Assembly (NCBI GenBank): GCA_964291395.2
Contig: OZ219856.1
Location: 128,001-192,000, forward strand
Direction: 5' to 3'
DNA from: Alphaproteobacteria bacterium
GTDB taxonomy: Bacteria > Pseudomonadota > Alphaproteobacteria > UBA2966
DNA length: 64,000 bases
The stretch's first letter is position 1. Each line of letters begins with the position of its first letter. Under the pieces are notes generated by a model. The model was not told where the DNA came from and ran no database searches. It worked only from the letters and a program-made list of their open reading frames with translations. The translations under genes and the position numbers were made by a program. Of the stretch, positions 41,403-50,830 are shown piece after piece.

Positions 41403-42346
41403 AGACGCTGATCGCCCTGATGTGCCTGTTGATCGTCCCCTTCTCGGGCAGCGAATACCTGACGAATCTGCTGATCGTCGTCATGTTGCACGCCCTGCCG
41501 GCGATCGGCGTGTCGCTGCTGATGGGATACACCGGCCAGATTTCCCTCGGGCACGCGGCGTTCTACGGTCTGGGCGCCTATGGCGCCGCGGCATTCAGCG
41601 TGCACATGGGCGTCAATCCATGGATCAGTATCGTGTTCGCCGTGATTCTGGTCGGCGTGATGTCGTCGTATCTGGGGTGGGTGATCTTCAGGCTTCGGGG
41701 CCATTACCTCGCCGTCGCGACCCTCGGATTCGGCTTCATCGTCAACATCGCGTTCGTCGAATTGCGCGACTGGACGGGAGGACCCAACGGCTTGCCGGGC
41801 ATCCCGCCGCTCGAGATCTTGGATCTTTCATTCCATACGGATCAGACGTTCTTCTACATCGCTTGGGTCGCAGTGATCCTCACCGTCGTAATGGCGCAGA
41901 ATCTGGTGAACGCCCCCGTGGGCCTCGTCATGCGGGGTATCGCCGAGAGCGAGCGTGCGGTGAGTTCATTGGGCAACGACGTCACGGGCCTGAAGCGCAA
42001 GATCCTGGTCATCAGCGCCGTTGTCTCGGCGGTGAGCGGCGGCCTCTACGCTCACTATATCGGCTATATCAGCCCACAGCCCTTCGCCATCGACTTCTCC
42101 ATCAAACTGGTCGTCATCATCGCCATCGGCGGATTCCGGAGCATTCCGGGCGTCCTGTTCGCGACTTTGTTCGTCACGGTCATCACGGAGCCACTTCAGG
42201 AACTCGGCTACTACGATGTCGTCGTCTACGGCCTGTTTCTGACCGTCATCATCGCCTACATGCCGCAAGGCCTGCTGCAAGGGGCCTATGGTCTCGGCCG
42301 CCGCTTGCTCCACGATGCCCGGGCATCCGCGGGAGCCGGGCGATGA
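41399..42346 (+). CDS. HAAT-family ABC permease (LivM-like)
   Basis: GYTGQISLGHAAFYGLGAY, RLRGHYLAVATLGF, TGGPNG; ATGA overlap with the upstream gene. Confidence 0.9.
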   Translation: MKTLIALMCLLIVPFSGSEYLTNLLIVVMLHALPAIGVSLLMGYTGQISLGHAAFYGLGAYGAAAFSVHMGVNPWISIVFAVILVGVMSSYLGWVIFRLRGHYLAVATLGFGFIVNIAFVELRDWTGGPNGLPGIPPLEILDLSFHTDQTFFYIAWVAVILTVVMAQNLVNAPVGLVMRGIAESERAVSSLGNDVTGLKRKILVISAVVSAVSGGLYAHYIGYISPQPFAIDFSIKLVVIIAIGGFRSIPGVLFATLFVTVITEPLQELGYYDVVVYGLFLTVIIAYMPQGLLQGAYGLGRRLLHDARASAGAGR

Positions 42347-43959
42347 CGCTGACCGTGTCCGGAGTTGGCATGAGGTTCGGCGGCCTCGAGGCGTTGCGCG
42401 ACATCACCTTCAGCGTCGACGGCGGCGAGCTCGTCGCCATCATCGGACCCAACGGGGCCGGCAAGAGCACGCTGATCAACATCATTTGCGGGAATTACCT
42501 GCCGACCGCCGGTGCGATCGAATTCAAGCAGCGGCGCATCAGCGGCCTGCCGCCGCACATCATGAACCCGCTCGGCATCGTGCGGACGTTCCAGACCATA
42601 GAGCTGTTCAAGGAGCTTACGGTCCACGAGAACGTCATGGCGGGCGGTGTCGCGGGGACGGCGGTGGGTGTCACGCCCAGCCTGATTCGATGGCCCAGCG
42701 TCTCGCGGTCGGAGAAGGCGCTGTCCCGAATGGCCGACGAGTACCTGGAACTCGTCGGTCTCGACCGGCGGCGGGACGTGGCGGCATCGGTCTTGTCGGC
42801 GGGACAGCAGCGATTGCTGATCATCGCGCGGGCGCTCGCAAGCGGCGCGGATTGGCTCTTCCTCGACGAGCCCGGCGCCGGGTTGAACCCGGTCGCCAAG
42901 GAACGACTTGCAGAAGTGATCCTGCGGCTGCGGAACCATGGCAAGACCATCGTGTTCGTCGAGCATGACATGGGTTTCATCGGCAGCGTCGCCGAACGCA
43001 TCATCGTTATCGACCGGGGCCGTGTGATCGCCGACGACGTTCCGGAGAAGATCCGCTCGGACGAACGTGTCATATCCGCGTATCTCGGCGCCAGATCGGC
43101 CTCGGCCAGAGGCAATCGGAAGGTCACGACTCCGACTGCGAAAAAAGAAGCCGCACCCCTCCTGGACATTCGGGGCCTCACGGTCAGGTACGGGGGACTG
43201 ACCGCGCTCGAGGACGCCAATCTCACACTCATGCCCGGCGAGCTCGTCGCGGTCGTGGGAGCCAACGGCGCGGGAAAGAGTACGCTGCTCAAGGCCATCA
43301 TGGGCGAAGCGCCGGTCGCGGAAGGGAAAATTTTCCTCAACGGTCAGGACGCCACCCGTTGGACGCCGCGCCAGTTCGTCACCGCGGGCGTAAGCATGTG
43401 TCCCGAAGGCCGTCAGCTATTCGGCTCGCTGAGCGTCCTCGACAACCTGAAGCTCGGCCGCTATACGCAGGTCGGCACTCTCGAGCGATGGCTGCCGCGA
43501 ATCATGCGCGCCAATCATGGCGTCGGCGATACCGACCGGCTGATCGAAGAGGTGTTCGAGGTTTTCCCCTTGTTGCGCGAGCGCCGGAACCAGCCCGCCG
43601 GAACGCTCAGTGGGGGCGAAGGGCAGGTCCTCGCGGTTGGGCGCGCACTCATGAACACGCCCGGTCTCCTGGTGCTGGACGAGCCCTCTCTGGGGGTGGC
43701 GCCCCGGATGATCGTGGAGATATTCGAACGCCTGATGGTGCTGCAGCAGCGGGGCCTGACAATCTTGCTCGTCGAGCAGAACGCTCGTGCGGCGCTGGAG
43801 ATCGCCGACCGCGGCTATGTCCTCGACTCCGGAAGCATCGTAGCGGAGGGCATGGCCGTCGAGCTGCTGGAGAGCGAGAGCATGGCAGAGGCCTATCTCG
43901 GCGCTTTTCCGATGTCCGGGGAAACGCGGGCCGTGCGAACGGGCGGGGCGCATGCGTAA
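42343..43959 (+). CDS. ABC ATPase with two fused nucleotide-binding domains (LivG-LivF fusion)
   Basis: GPNGAGKST...LDEP and GANGAGKST...LSGGE...LDEPSLG in one frame. Confidence 0.9.
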   Translation: MTLTVSGVGMRFGGLEALRDITFSVDGGELVAIIGPNGAGKSTLINIICGNYLPTAGAIEFKQRRISGLPPHIMNPLGIVRTFQTIELFKELTVHENVMAGGVAGTAVGVTPSLIRWPSVSRSEKALSRMADEYLELVGLDRRRDVAASVLSAGQQRLLIIARALASGADWLFLDEPGAGLNPVAKERLAEVILRLRNHGKTIVFVEHDMGFIGSVAERIIVIDRGRVIADDVPEKIRSDERVISAYLGARSASARGNRKVTTPTAKKEAAPLLDIRGLTVRYGGLTALEDANLTLMPGELVAVVGANGAGKSTLLKAIMGEAPVAEGKIFLNGQDATRWTPRQFVTAGVSMCPEGRQLFGSLSVLDNLKLGRYTQVGTLERWLPRIMRANHGVGDTDRLIEEVFEVFPLLRERRNQPAGTLSGGEGQVLAVGRALMNTPGLLVLDEPSLGVAPRMIVEIFERLMVLQQRGLTILLVEQNARAALEIADRGYVLDSGSIVAEGMAVELLESESMAEAYLGAFPMSGETRAVRTGGAHA

Positions 43960-44075
43960 CGAGCTACGGCGTGGAGTGAGTGGCAAAGAGCCGGGCCTGG
44001 GATGGCCCATAACCTGCCAGCCGAGGAGTACCAACCACGATCGGAGGGCGGAGCAACAAGCGACAGGAGGCTGAA

Positions 44076-45221
44076 GTGAAAAGGTGGATAGGTTTAATTG
44101 GAGCGCTTGCCATCATCGTCGGCGGCAGCGCGCAAGCTCAGGACACCATCAGGATCGGATCCCTGTTCGAGACGTCCGGATTCCTTGCGTTCCTGGGCAA
44201 TCAGGGATTGGAGGGCGCAAACCTCGCGGCCGAGGAGATCAACGCGTCTGGCGGCATCGACGGCAAGCAGATCGAGCTCATCAACTTCAACACGGAGAGC
44301 GACGAGACGAAGTCCGTGATCGGTGCCAAGAAGCTGATCGAACGCGACAAGGTCGTTGCCTTGATCGGCGCCATGAACAGTGGCTCCACGTTCTCGATCA
44401 TCGATATCGTCCAGCGTGCCCGGATTCCAATTGTTTCGAACGGCGCCTCGCGCGCCATATCGACGCCGGTGAACGAAAAGAAATGGATCTTCCAGGCGCC
44501 GCTCACCGACGTGCTGGTTATCAACGTGCTCATCGACCACTTCAAGGAACAGGGCATCAGCAAGATCGCGCTCAACAATGCCGATTCCGGATTTGCCACC
44601 AGTGGCATGAAGCAGTGGCAACGGATTGCGCCCGAGCGCGGGATCGACATCGTCATTCAACAGACCTACGGCAACAACGATCCCGATATGACCCCGCAGT
44701 TGACGAATATCCGGGCCGAGAGCGACGTGCAGGCCGTCGTGCAGTGGGGAACCGGAAAGGGCCAGGCGATCGTCGCCAAGAACTACCGGCAGTTGGGTAT
44801 CGACAAGCCGCTCTACTACTCACACGCGGCGAGCGACCCGAACCTGATCAAGCTCGCCGGAGACGCCGCGAACGGAATCATCTTCCCCACGTCCAAGATC
44901 GCCGTGGTGGATGAGTTGCCCGATTCGGACCCGCAGAAGAAGGTCACCGCGAACTTTATCGAGAAGTTCAATGCCAAGTACGGGCGTGGTCCGGCGACGT
45001 TCGCGGGCAATGGCTATGACAGCATGATGATGCTCGCCGATGCCATCCGTCGCGCGGGGAGCACGGATCCCGCGAAGATTCGCGATGCCTTCGAGCAGAC
45101 GACCAACTACCCGGGCGTGACATCCGTTTACACCTATTCGGCGACGGATCACTACGGGGCCCAACCGGAAGGCGTCGCCTTGCAGATGATCAGGGACGGC
45201 GAAGTCCGTTTGTACAAGTAG
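44076..45221 (+). CDS. HAAT-family ABC substrate-binding protein
   Basis: Signal peptide, EEINASGGIDGKQIEL, DMTPQLTNIR. Confidence 0.9.
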   Translation: MKRWIGLIGALAIIVGGSAQAQDTIRIGSLFETSGFLAFLGNQGLEGANLAAEEINASGGIDGKQIELINFNTESDETKSVIGAKKLIERDKVVALIGAMNSGSTFSIIDIVQRARIPIVSNGASRAISTPVNEKKWIFQAPLTDVLVINVLIDHFKEQGISKIALNNADSGFATSGMKQWQRIAPERGIDIVIQQTYGNNDPDMTPQLTNIRAESDVQAVVQWGTGKGQAIVAKNYRQLGIDKPLYYSHAASDPNLIKLAGDAANGIIFPTSKIAVVDELPDSDPQKKVTANFIEKFNAKYGRGPATFAGNGYDSMMMLADAIRRAGSTDPAKIRDAFEQTTNYPGVTSVYTYSATDHYGAQPEGVALQMIRDGEVRLYK

Positions 45222-45232
45222 TGGGTGTTGCG

Positions 45233-45263
45233 GCGGGGACGGGGTCGCCCGATCCCGCCCCGC
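45233..45263 (+). terminator. Intercistronic GC-rich stem-loop after the substrate-binding protein gene
   Basis: GCGGGGACGGGGTCG-CC-CGATCCCGCCCCGC imperfect inverted repeat. Confidence 0.45.
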
Positions 45264-45325
45264 CCGTTGTCGTGCGGCGGTATCGGGGGCCACGCGGGGA
45301 GGGGTAAGGAAGGAGGAGCGGAGCC

Positions 45326-46693
45326 ATGAACGTATTGCAGAAGACAGAGCCGCGGCCGTACTCGGGGTATTATCTGCGCGATGTCCCCGAACCCGACGCC
45401 GAACTGACCCGGACAGGCCCGGGAACGCCCATGGGCGAGCTCATGCGCCGGTTCTGGCAGCCGGTGTGCCTCTCGTCGGAGATCGCCGATCTTCCCCACG
45501 CCGCTCGCATCCTGGGTGAGGACTTGGTGGTCTTCCGCGACCAGCGGGGCGAAGTCGGCGTCCTTCTCCGTCATTGCAGCCATCGGGGTACCTCGCTGGA
45601 GTATGGCATCGTTTCCGAACGCGGCATCCGCTGCTGCTATCACGGCTGGCTCTTCGATATCGACGGGACCGTTCTTGAAACGCCGGGAGAGCCCCCCGAC
45701 AGCGCGATGAAGGATACGCTGCGCCACGGCGCATATCCGGCCCGCGAGTACAAGGGACTGGTGTTCGCCTACATGGGGCCGCCTGACGAGCAACCCGAAT
45801 TCCCGATCCTGGATACTTACGGCAAGCCCGACAATGAAATGGTCCCCTATTCGGTTTGGCACCCCTGCAACTGGCTGCAGGTAAAGGAGAATTTCGTCGA
45901 CCCGGCGCATGCCTACTTCTTGCACAGCACCATCACGACCGTGCAGTTCAGCGATGCCTGGGCCGAAATGCCGACGTTCGACTGGGATGAGACCCCCGAC
46001 CGGCAGGGAATGTACTACATCACCGCGCGCCGGGTGGATGAGCGGGTCTGGATCAGGTCCAATCACATTTGGCTACCGAATGTCGGGCAAGTGGGCGCCC
46101 TGTTGGAAAAAGCGGAGCAGGAGAAATTCTTCAATCGTGTCAGCATCACGCGTTGGACCGTGCCGATCGACGACACGCACGCCTGGATCATCGGCTGGCG
46201 CCACTTCAACAAGGATGTCGATCCGTTTGATGAAGGCCGGCGGGACGAGTGCGGCGCCGGCTCCGTGGATTTCGAAGGCCAGACCGGCAACCGCTCCTAC
46301 GAAGAGAAGCAACGGGTTCCCGGCGATTGGGACGCCCAGGTCAGCCAACGGGAGATCGCCGTCCATGCCTTGGAGCATCTCGGTTACACGGACGGGGGAG
46401 TCGCCATGTGGCGGCGGATCCTGAGACGAGCGGCGCGGGGAGAGATGGACGTCACGGCTCAGCGACCGCGCGCGGGCGGCGACCCGCTGCACACCTACAC
46501 TCACGATACCGTGCTCGAAATCGCCGAGACGCCGGAGGAGGACAGCCATCGCCTGAAGGCCATCGGCCGCGATGTGCTGGGCGCCATTCTGTCCGGCGAC
46601 GCCTACGACGGAGATCCGAGGCAGATCCACATCGAGAAGGCCCTCAACGAGGTGAAGGCCAAGTATGGAGGCTCTGCACGAACTCCCGCGTGA
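45326..46693 (+). CDS. Rieske non-heme iron oxygenase alpha subunit (phthalate dioxygenase-like, alpha-only type)
   Basis: GPGTPMGELMRRFWQP, CSHRG...CCYHGW, ENFVDPAHAYFLH. Confidence 0.92.
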   Translation: MNVLQKTEPRPYSGYYLRDVPEPDAELTRTGPGTPMGELMRRFWQPVCLSSEIADLPHAARILGEDLVVFRDQRGEVGVLLRHCSHRGTSLEYGIVSERGIRCCYHGWLFDIDGTVLETPGEPPDSAMKDTLRHGAYPAREYKGLVFAYMGPPDEQPEFPILDTYGKPDNEMVPYSVWHPCNWLQVKENFVDPAHAYFLHSTITTVQFSDAWAEMPTFDWDETPDRQGMYYITARRVDERVWIRSNHIWLPNVGQVGALLEKAEQEKFFNRVSITRWTVPIDDTHAWIIGWRHFNKDVDPFDEGRRDECGAGSVDFEGQTGNRSYEEKQRVPGDWDAQVSQREIAVHALEHLGYTDGGVAMWRRILRRAARGEMDVTAQRPRAGGDPLHTYTHDTVLEIAETPEEDSHRLKAIGRDVLGAILSGDAYDGDPRQIHIEKALNEVKAKYGGSARTPA

Positions 46694-46765
46694 TCCGCCT
46701 CGACGCGACCGGCTTGCGGGGAAGTGGCCGGTTCATATGGCACCTGAACCGGCCGGTTCAAAATA

Positions 46766-46866
46766 TTCCATCGGCCGTGCTCCCGGGCTTTCGCCGCCGA
46801 CGATCACCCAGTGGTGCCGTCGAGGTCGAGGTGTTCGACGGATCCGATCAGGGGTTCGACATATCG
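46766..46866 (-). pseudogene. Relic fragment of a DUF5131 (phage Gp37/Gp68) family gene
   Basis: VEPLIGSVEHLDLDG then, after a 1-nt frameshift, HWVIVGGES-PGARPME; matches the family motif EPLLG...WVIVGGESGPGARPM. Confidence 0.7.
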
Positions 46867-46886
46867 GTGGCTTATGATTCGGGGTC

Positions 46887-48101
46887 CTAGTTGTATTGCC
46901 GCAGCTCGAGGCGGGCGACCTGGTCGGTGTGCACCTCGTCGGGGCCGTCGGCAAGCCGCAGGGTCCGCGCCCAGGAGTAGGACCACGCCATGTGGAAGTC
47001 GTCCGACACCCCGCCGCCGCCGTGGATTTGAATGGCGCGGTCGATCACCCGGCAGGCCATCTGCGGCGCCACCACCTTGATCATGCCGATGTCCTTGCGG
47101 GCTTCCTTGGAACCGACGGTATCCATGCGCCACGCCGCGTGAAGCGTGAGCAGGCGGGCCTGGTCGATCTCCATGCGCGATTGCGCGATCTGCTGCTTGA
47201 CCACGCCCTGCTCGGCGATCGGCTTGCCGAACGCGACCCGCTCGCGGGCGCGGCGGCAGGCGGCCTCGAGCGCCCGCTCGGCCTGGCCGATGGTTCGCAT
47301 GCAATGGTGGATGCGGCCCGGGCCCAGGCGGCCCTGCGCTATCTCGAACCCGCGGCCGTCGCCGAGCAGCATGTTCGACGCCGGAACCCGGACGTCGGTG
47401 AGCCGGACCTCGCAATGACCGTGCGGCGCGTCGTCGTAGCCGAATACGCTCAACGGGCGGACGACTTCGACGCCCGGCGTGTCCATGGGCACGATGATGA
47501 TGGCGTGTTGCTTGTGACGTTCGGCGTCCGGGTTCGACTTGCCCATGACCAGCAGCAACCTGCAGCGCGGATCGCCGACCCCGCTGATCCACCACTTGTG
47601 GCCGTTGACCACGTAGTCGTCTCCGTTTCGGAGGATGGTGGTCTGGAGATTCGTCGGATCGGACGACGCGACGGCCGGCTCGGTCATGGCGATGGCCGAG
47701 CGGATCTCGCCTTCCAGCAGGGGGATCGCCCATTCCCGCTTCTGCTCTTCCGTGCCGAAGCGCAGCAGGGTTTCCATGTTCCCGGTGTCGGGCGCGGAGC
47801 AGTTGAACGCTTCGGGCGCAATGTGGGAGCGGCCCATGACTTCGCACAGCGGCGCATACTCGAGGATCGTCAGCTCGGCGCCGTAGCCTTCGTAGGCGAT
47901 GTCCGCAGGCAGCCAAAGGTTCCAAAGTCCTTCCGCGCGGGCCTTGTCCTTGATCTCCTCGATGATCGGGGCCGGCTCCCAACGGTCTCCTTTCGCCACC
48001 TGCTCGTGGAAAACGCTTTCGTTGGGATAGACGTGCGCTTCCATGAAGGTGAGAAGACGCTCCTTGAGTTCCCGGGTTCGCGGAGAGAGTTCGAAATCCA
48101 T
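46887..48101 (-). CDS. Acyl-CoA dehydrogenase (ACAD10/11-like)
   Basis: [47 protein letters not shown]. Confidence 0.93.
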   Translation of the reverse strand: MDFELSPRTRELKERLLTFMEAHVYPNESVFHEQVAKGDRWEPAPIIEEIKDKARAEGLWNLWLPADIAYEGYGAELTILEYAPLCEVMGRSHIAPEAFNCSAPDTGNMETLLRFGTEEQKREWAIPLLEGEIRSAIAMTEPAVASSDPTNLQTTILRNGDDYVVNGHKWWISGVGDPRCRLLLVMGKSNPDAERHKQHAIIIVPMDTPGVEVVRPLSVFGYDDAPHGHCEVRLTDVRVPASNMLLGDGRGFEIAQGRLGPGRIHHCMRTIGQAERALEAACRRARERVAFGKPIAEQGVVKQQIAQSRMEIDQARLLTLHAAWRMDTVGSKEARKDIGMIKVVAPQMACRVIDRAIQIHGGGGVSDDFHMAWSYSWARTLRLADGPDEVHTDQVARLELRQYN

Positions 48102-48167
48102 GTGTCCCGTCCGTCGTCGAGTGTGAGGAATAGGTGCCGGAACGATACCCCGGCGTATCCGCCGAAT

Positions 48168-48626
48168 TTAGCGTCTGTCCCGGAAAAAGTCGCGCAGCAG
48201 CGCCGCGGCGCGCGACTCGTCCATGCCGCCGTAGACTTCCGGAACGTGATGGCAGGTCCGCTGGGCGAAAATCCGCGGACCGTGTTCGACGCCACCGCCC
48301 TTTTCGTCCGGCGCCCCGAAGTAGAGCCGGCGGATCCGGGCGAAAGAGATGGCCTGGGCACACATGGGGCATGGTTCCAGCGTGACATACATGTCCAACC
48401 CCTCGAGACGTTCGCTGCCGGCGGCGCGACAGGCCGCCCGAATGGCCAGCAGCTCGGCGTGGGCGGTGGGGTCCCGGCGTTCGATGACCCGGTTGCCGTC
48501 CGCCGCGATCACACGCCGTTCAACCGGATCGACGATGACGGCGCCGACCGGGACTTCCCGGCGCGCCGCGGCGCGTTCCGCTTCGCTCAAGGCGAGAGGC
48601 ATGAATCCGGCTTGACCTTCCGACAC
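48168..48626 (-). CDS. tadA: tRNA adenosine(34) deaminase
   Basis: EVPVGAV, HAE, LEPCPMCA. Confidence 0.88.
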   Translation of the reverse strand: MSEGQAGFMPLALSEAERAAARREVPVGAVIVDPVERRVIAADGNRVIERRDPTAHAELLAIRAACRAAGSERLEGLDMYVTLEPCPMCAQAISFARIRRLYFGAPDEKGGGVEHGPRIFAQRTCHHVPEVYGGMDESRAAALLRDFFRDRR

Positions 48627-48736
48627 GATTCGAACCCAGATGCAATGCCCGTGCGCGCGATGCAGTCCGACGCGACGGTGAACGAGACCTGGAATATCAC
48701 ATTGTCGCCGGGCTCTGCCCCGCATAAATTCACAAG

Positions 48737-49450
48737 ATGGCGGCACCGACGATCGGCCTCACGCTCGATTCCGAAGAGGCGGGCGGCTATTCGAACCAGC
48801 CATGGTACGCCGTTCGCCAGAACTACTGCGCCAGCGTCGACCGCGCGGGTGGATTGCCCATGCTCTTGCCGCACGCGACCGGGCGGGCGTCCGCATACCT
48901 CGACGCCATCGACGGACTGATCGTCACCGGCGGCCACTTCGACGTCGATCCCGCCCTGTTCGGTGCCGAAGACCGGCACGACACCGTCAAACTCAAGGCA
49001 GCGCGCACCGATTTCGAATTCGCCGTCACCCGCGGCGCGCTCGAGCGCGACATGCCGGTGCTCGGCATCTGCGGCGGCCAGCAGCTCCTGCACGTGGTCC
49101 TCGGAGGCACGCTGATCCAGCACATCCCCGACGAGATCCCGGGCGCCTTGGCTCACGAACAGCCCAATCCGCGGACCGAACCCGGCCACACGGTCCGCAT
49201 CGAGCCGGGGACGTTGTTGCACGGCATCGTCGAGTCCGATGAGCTGGACGTGAACAGCGCGCACCATCAGGCGGCCAAGGACGCGCCCGCCGGAGTCGTG
49301 GTCAACGCGGTCGCACCCGACGGCGTGATCGAAGGGATCGAGGCGCCCGATCACGGGTTCTGCCTGGGCGTGCAGTGGCATCCGGAGTACGACGTCAACC
49401 CCGGAGACGGCAGGATCTTCAAAGCCTTCGTCGCGGCTTGCGGCGGTTGA
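48737..49450 (+). CDS. Gamma-glutamyl-gamma-aminobutyrate hydrolase family (peptidase C26, PuuD-like)
   Basis: LGICGGQQ, VNSAHHQA, GVQWHPE. Confidence 0.9.
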   Translation: MAAPTIGLTLDSEEAGGYSNQPWYAVRQNYCASVDRAGGLPMLLPHATGRASAYLDAIDGLIVTGGHFDVDPALFGAEDRHDTVKLKAARTDFEFAVTRGALERDMPVLGICGGQQLLHVVLGGTLIQHIPDEIPGALAHEQPNPRTEPGHTVRIEPGTLLHGIVESDELDVNSAHHQAAKDAPAGVVVNAVAPDGVIEGIEAPDHGFCLGVQWHPEYDVNPGDGRIFKAFVAACGG

Positions 49451-49452
49451 AC

Positions 49453-50193
49453 ATGGGCGCGCCGGTCAGGGAACGCGTCGCCAAACGGCTGTCGATGGCC
49501 GGGGTCTGTTCCCGGCGCGAAGCAGAAAGATGGATCTCCGACGGCCGGGTCGCGGTTGACAGCGTGGTTCTCGAGTCGCCTGCCGTGCTCGTCACGCGCG
49601 AGAACGCGATCACCGTCGACGGCAAGCCGCTTCCCGACGATCCGCCCCCGCGCGTCTGGCGCCTGCACAAGCGCAGAGGACTGATCACGACGCACCGCGA
49701 TCCACAGGGCCGGCCGACGGTGTTCGACTCCCTGCCCGGAGACCTGCCGCGGGTGGTGTCCGTCGGGCGCCTCGACATGAACAGCGAAGGGCTTTTGCTG
49801 CTCACGACCCACGGCCCCTTGGCCAGACGGCTGGAGCTGCCTTCGACCGGCTGGATCCGCCGTTATCGCGTGCGCGTGTTCGGACGCCCCGAGGCCCGGC
49901 AGCTCTCCGCGCTCGCCGACGGCGTGACCGTGGACGGCGTGCGTTACGGTCCCGTCGTCGCGAAGCTCGATCATGCCCGGGGGGCGAACGCGTGGCTCAC
50001 GGTCGCCCTGAAGGAAGGCAAGAACCGTGAAGTGCGCCGCCTGATGGAGCATCTCGATCTCGGCGTCAGCCGGCTGATCCGGACCGCCTTCGGCCCCTTT
50101 CAGCTCGGCCGCCTCCGGCCCGGCGACGCCCGCGAGGTTCCCGGCAAGGTGATCAGGGAGCAACTGGGCGGCCTGATCGAAACCCATCCGTAA
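49453..50193 (+). CDS. rluB: rRNA pseudouridine synthase (RluB-like)
   Basis: S4 domain CSRREAE, VGRLDMNSEG, EGKNREVR. Confidence 0.85.
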   Translation: MGAPVRERVAKRLSMAGVCSRREAERWISDGRVAVDSVVLESPAVLVTRENAITVDGKPLPDDPPPRVWRLHKRRGLITTHRDPQGRPTVFDSLPGDLPRVVSVGRLDMNSEGLLLLTTHGPLARRLELPSTGWIRRYRVRVFGRPEARQLSALADGVTVDGVRYGPVVAKLDHARGANAWLTVALKEGKNREVRRLMEHLDLGVSRLIRTAFGPFQLGRLRPGDAREVPGKVIREQLGGLIETHP

Positions 50194-50205
50194 CGGAGAA
50201 CGCGG

Positions 50206-50799
50206 GTGCGCATCGTCGGCGGCATGTTCCGGGGAAGACGGCTGGCGACGCCGCGGGGGCGGTCGATCCGGCCGACGTCGGACCGGGTTCGCGAAGCGTT
50301 GTTCGACGTTCTCCAGCACGGCCTGCAATCAATCCGACGGGGATCGTGGCCGAAGGATGCCCACGTACTCGACGTCTTCGCGGGAACGGGCGCGCTCGGA
50401 CTGGAAGCCCTGTCGCGCGGCGCCAGCCACGTCACGTTCATCGAGAAGGATTCCGCGGCCTGCCTCGTGATCGAACGCAACGCCAGAACGCTGCGGGTCA
50501 CGGAGCAGGTGACCCTCCTGCGGCGCAACGCGCTGCGCCCCGCGGCGCCGCCTTCGGGCGCGCCCGCCGCCGACATCCTTCTCATGGATCCTCCGTACCG
50601 CTCGGACCTGGCGGCACCCGCCCTGAAAGCGCTGCGTGCCCGCGGATGGATCGCGCGAGACGGCGTTTCCGTAGTCGAGACGGCGGCGGACGAGTCGCTC
50701 GAGCCGCCCCGCGGTTTCGCGCTCGCCGACGAGCGCCGCTACGGCGATACCGTTCTCTCGTTTCTGAGATGCCAAGGGCCGGACAACGCGGCCGTCTAG
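50206..50799 (+). CDS. rsmD: 16S rRNA m2G966 methyltransferase
   Basis: MRIVGG, RPTSDRVREALF, FAGTGALGLEALSRGA, DPPY. Confidence 0.95.
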   Translation: MRIVGGMFRGRRLATPRGRSIRPTSDRVREALFDVLQHGLQSIRRGSWPKDAHVLDVFAGTGALGLEALSRGASHVTFIEKDSAACLVIERNARTLRVTEQVTLLRRNALRPAAPPSGAPAADILLMDPPYRSDLAAPALKALRARGWIARDGVSVVETAADESLEPPRGFALADERRYGDTVLSFLRCQGPDNAAV

Positions 50800-50802
50800 G
50801 GA

Positions 50803-50823
50803 GGCTCCGGTCGAACCGGAGCC
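50803..50823. terminator. Hairpin between convergent rsmD and mutL
   Basis: GGCTCCGGT-CGA-ACCGGAGCC perfect 9-bp stem. Confidence 0.55.
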
Positions 50824-50830
50824 GCTCTAG

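Noticed and set aside
41422-42342. Long N-terminal extension of the 845-aa ABC ORF
   Set aside because: Out-of-frame overlap with livM; the real start is ATG 42343 at the ATGA overlap
46896-48920. 674-aa plus-strand ORF (and similar ones at 50894-52915 and 59085-62018)
   Set aside because: Antisense shadows of the acyl-CoA dehydrogenase/tadA, mutL and ileS
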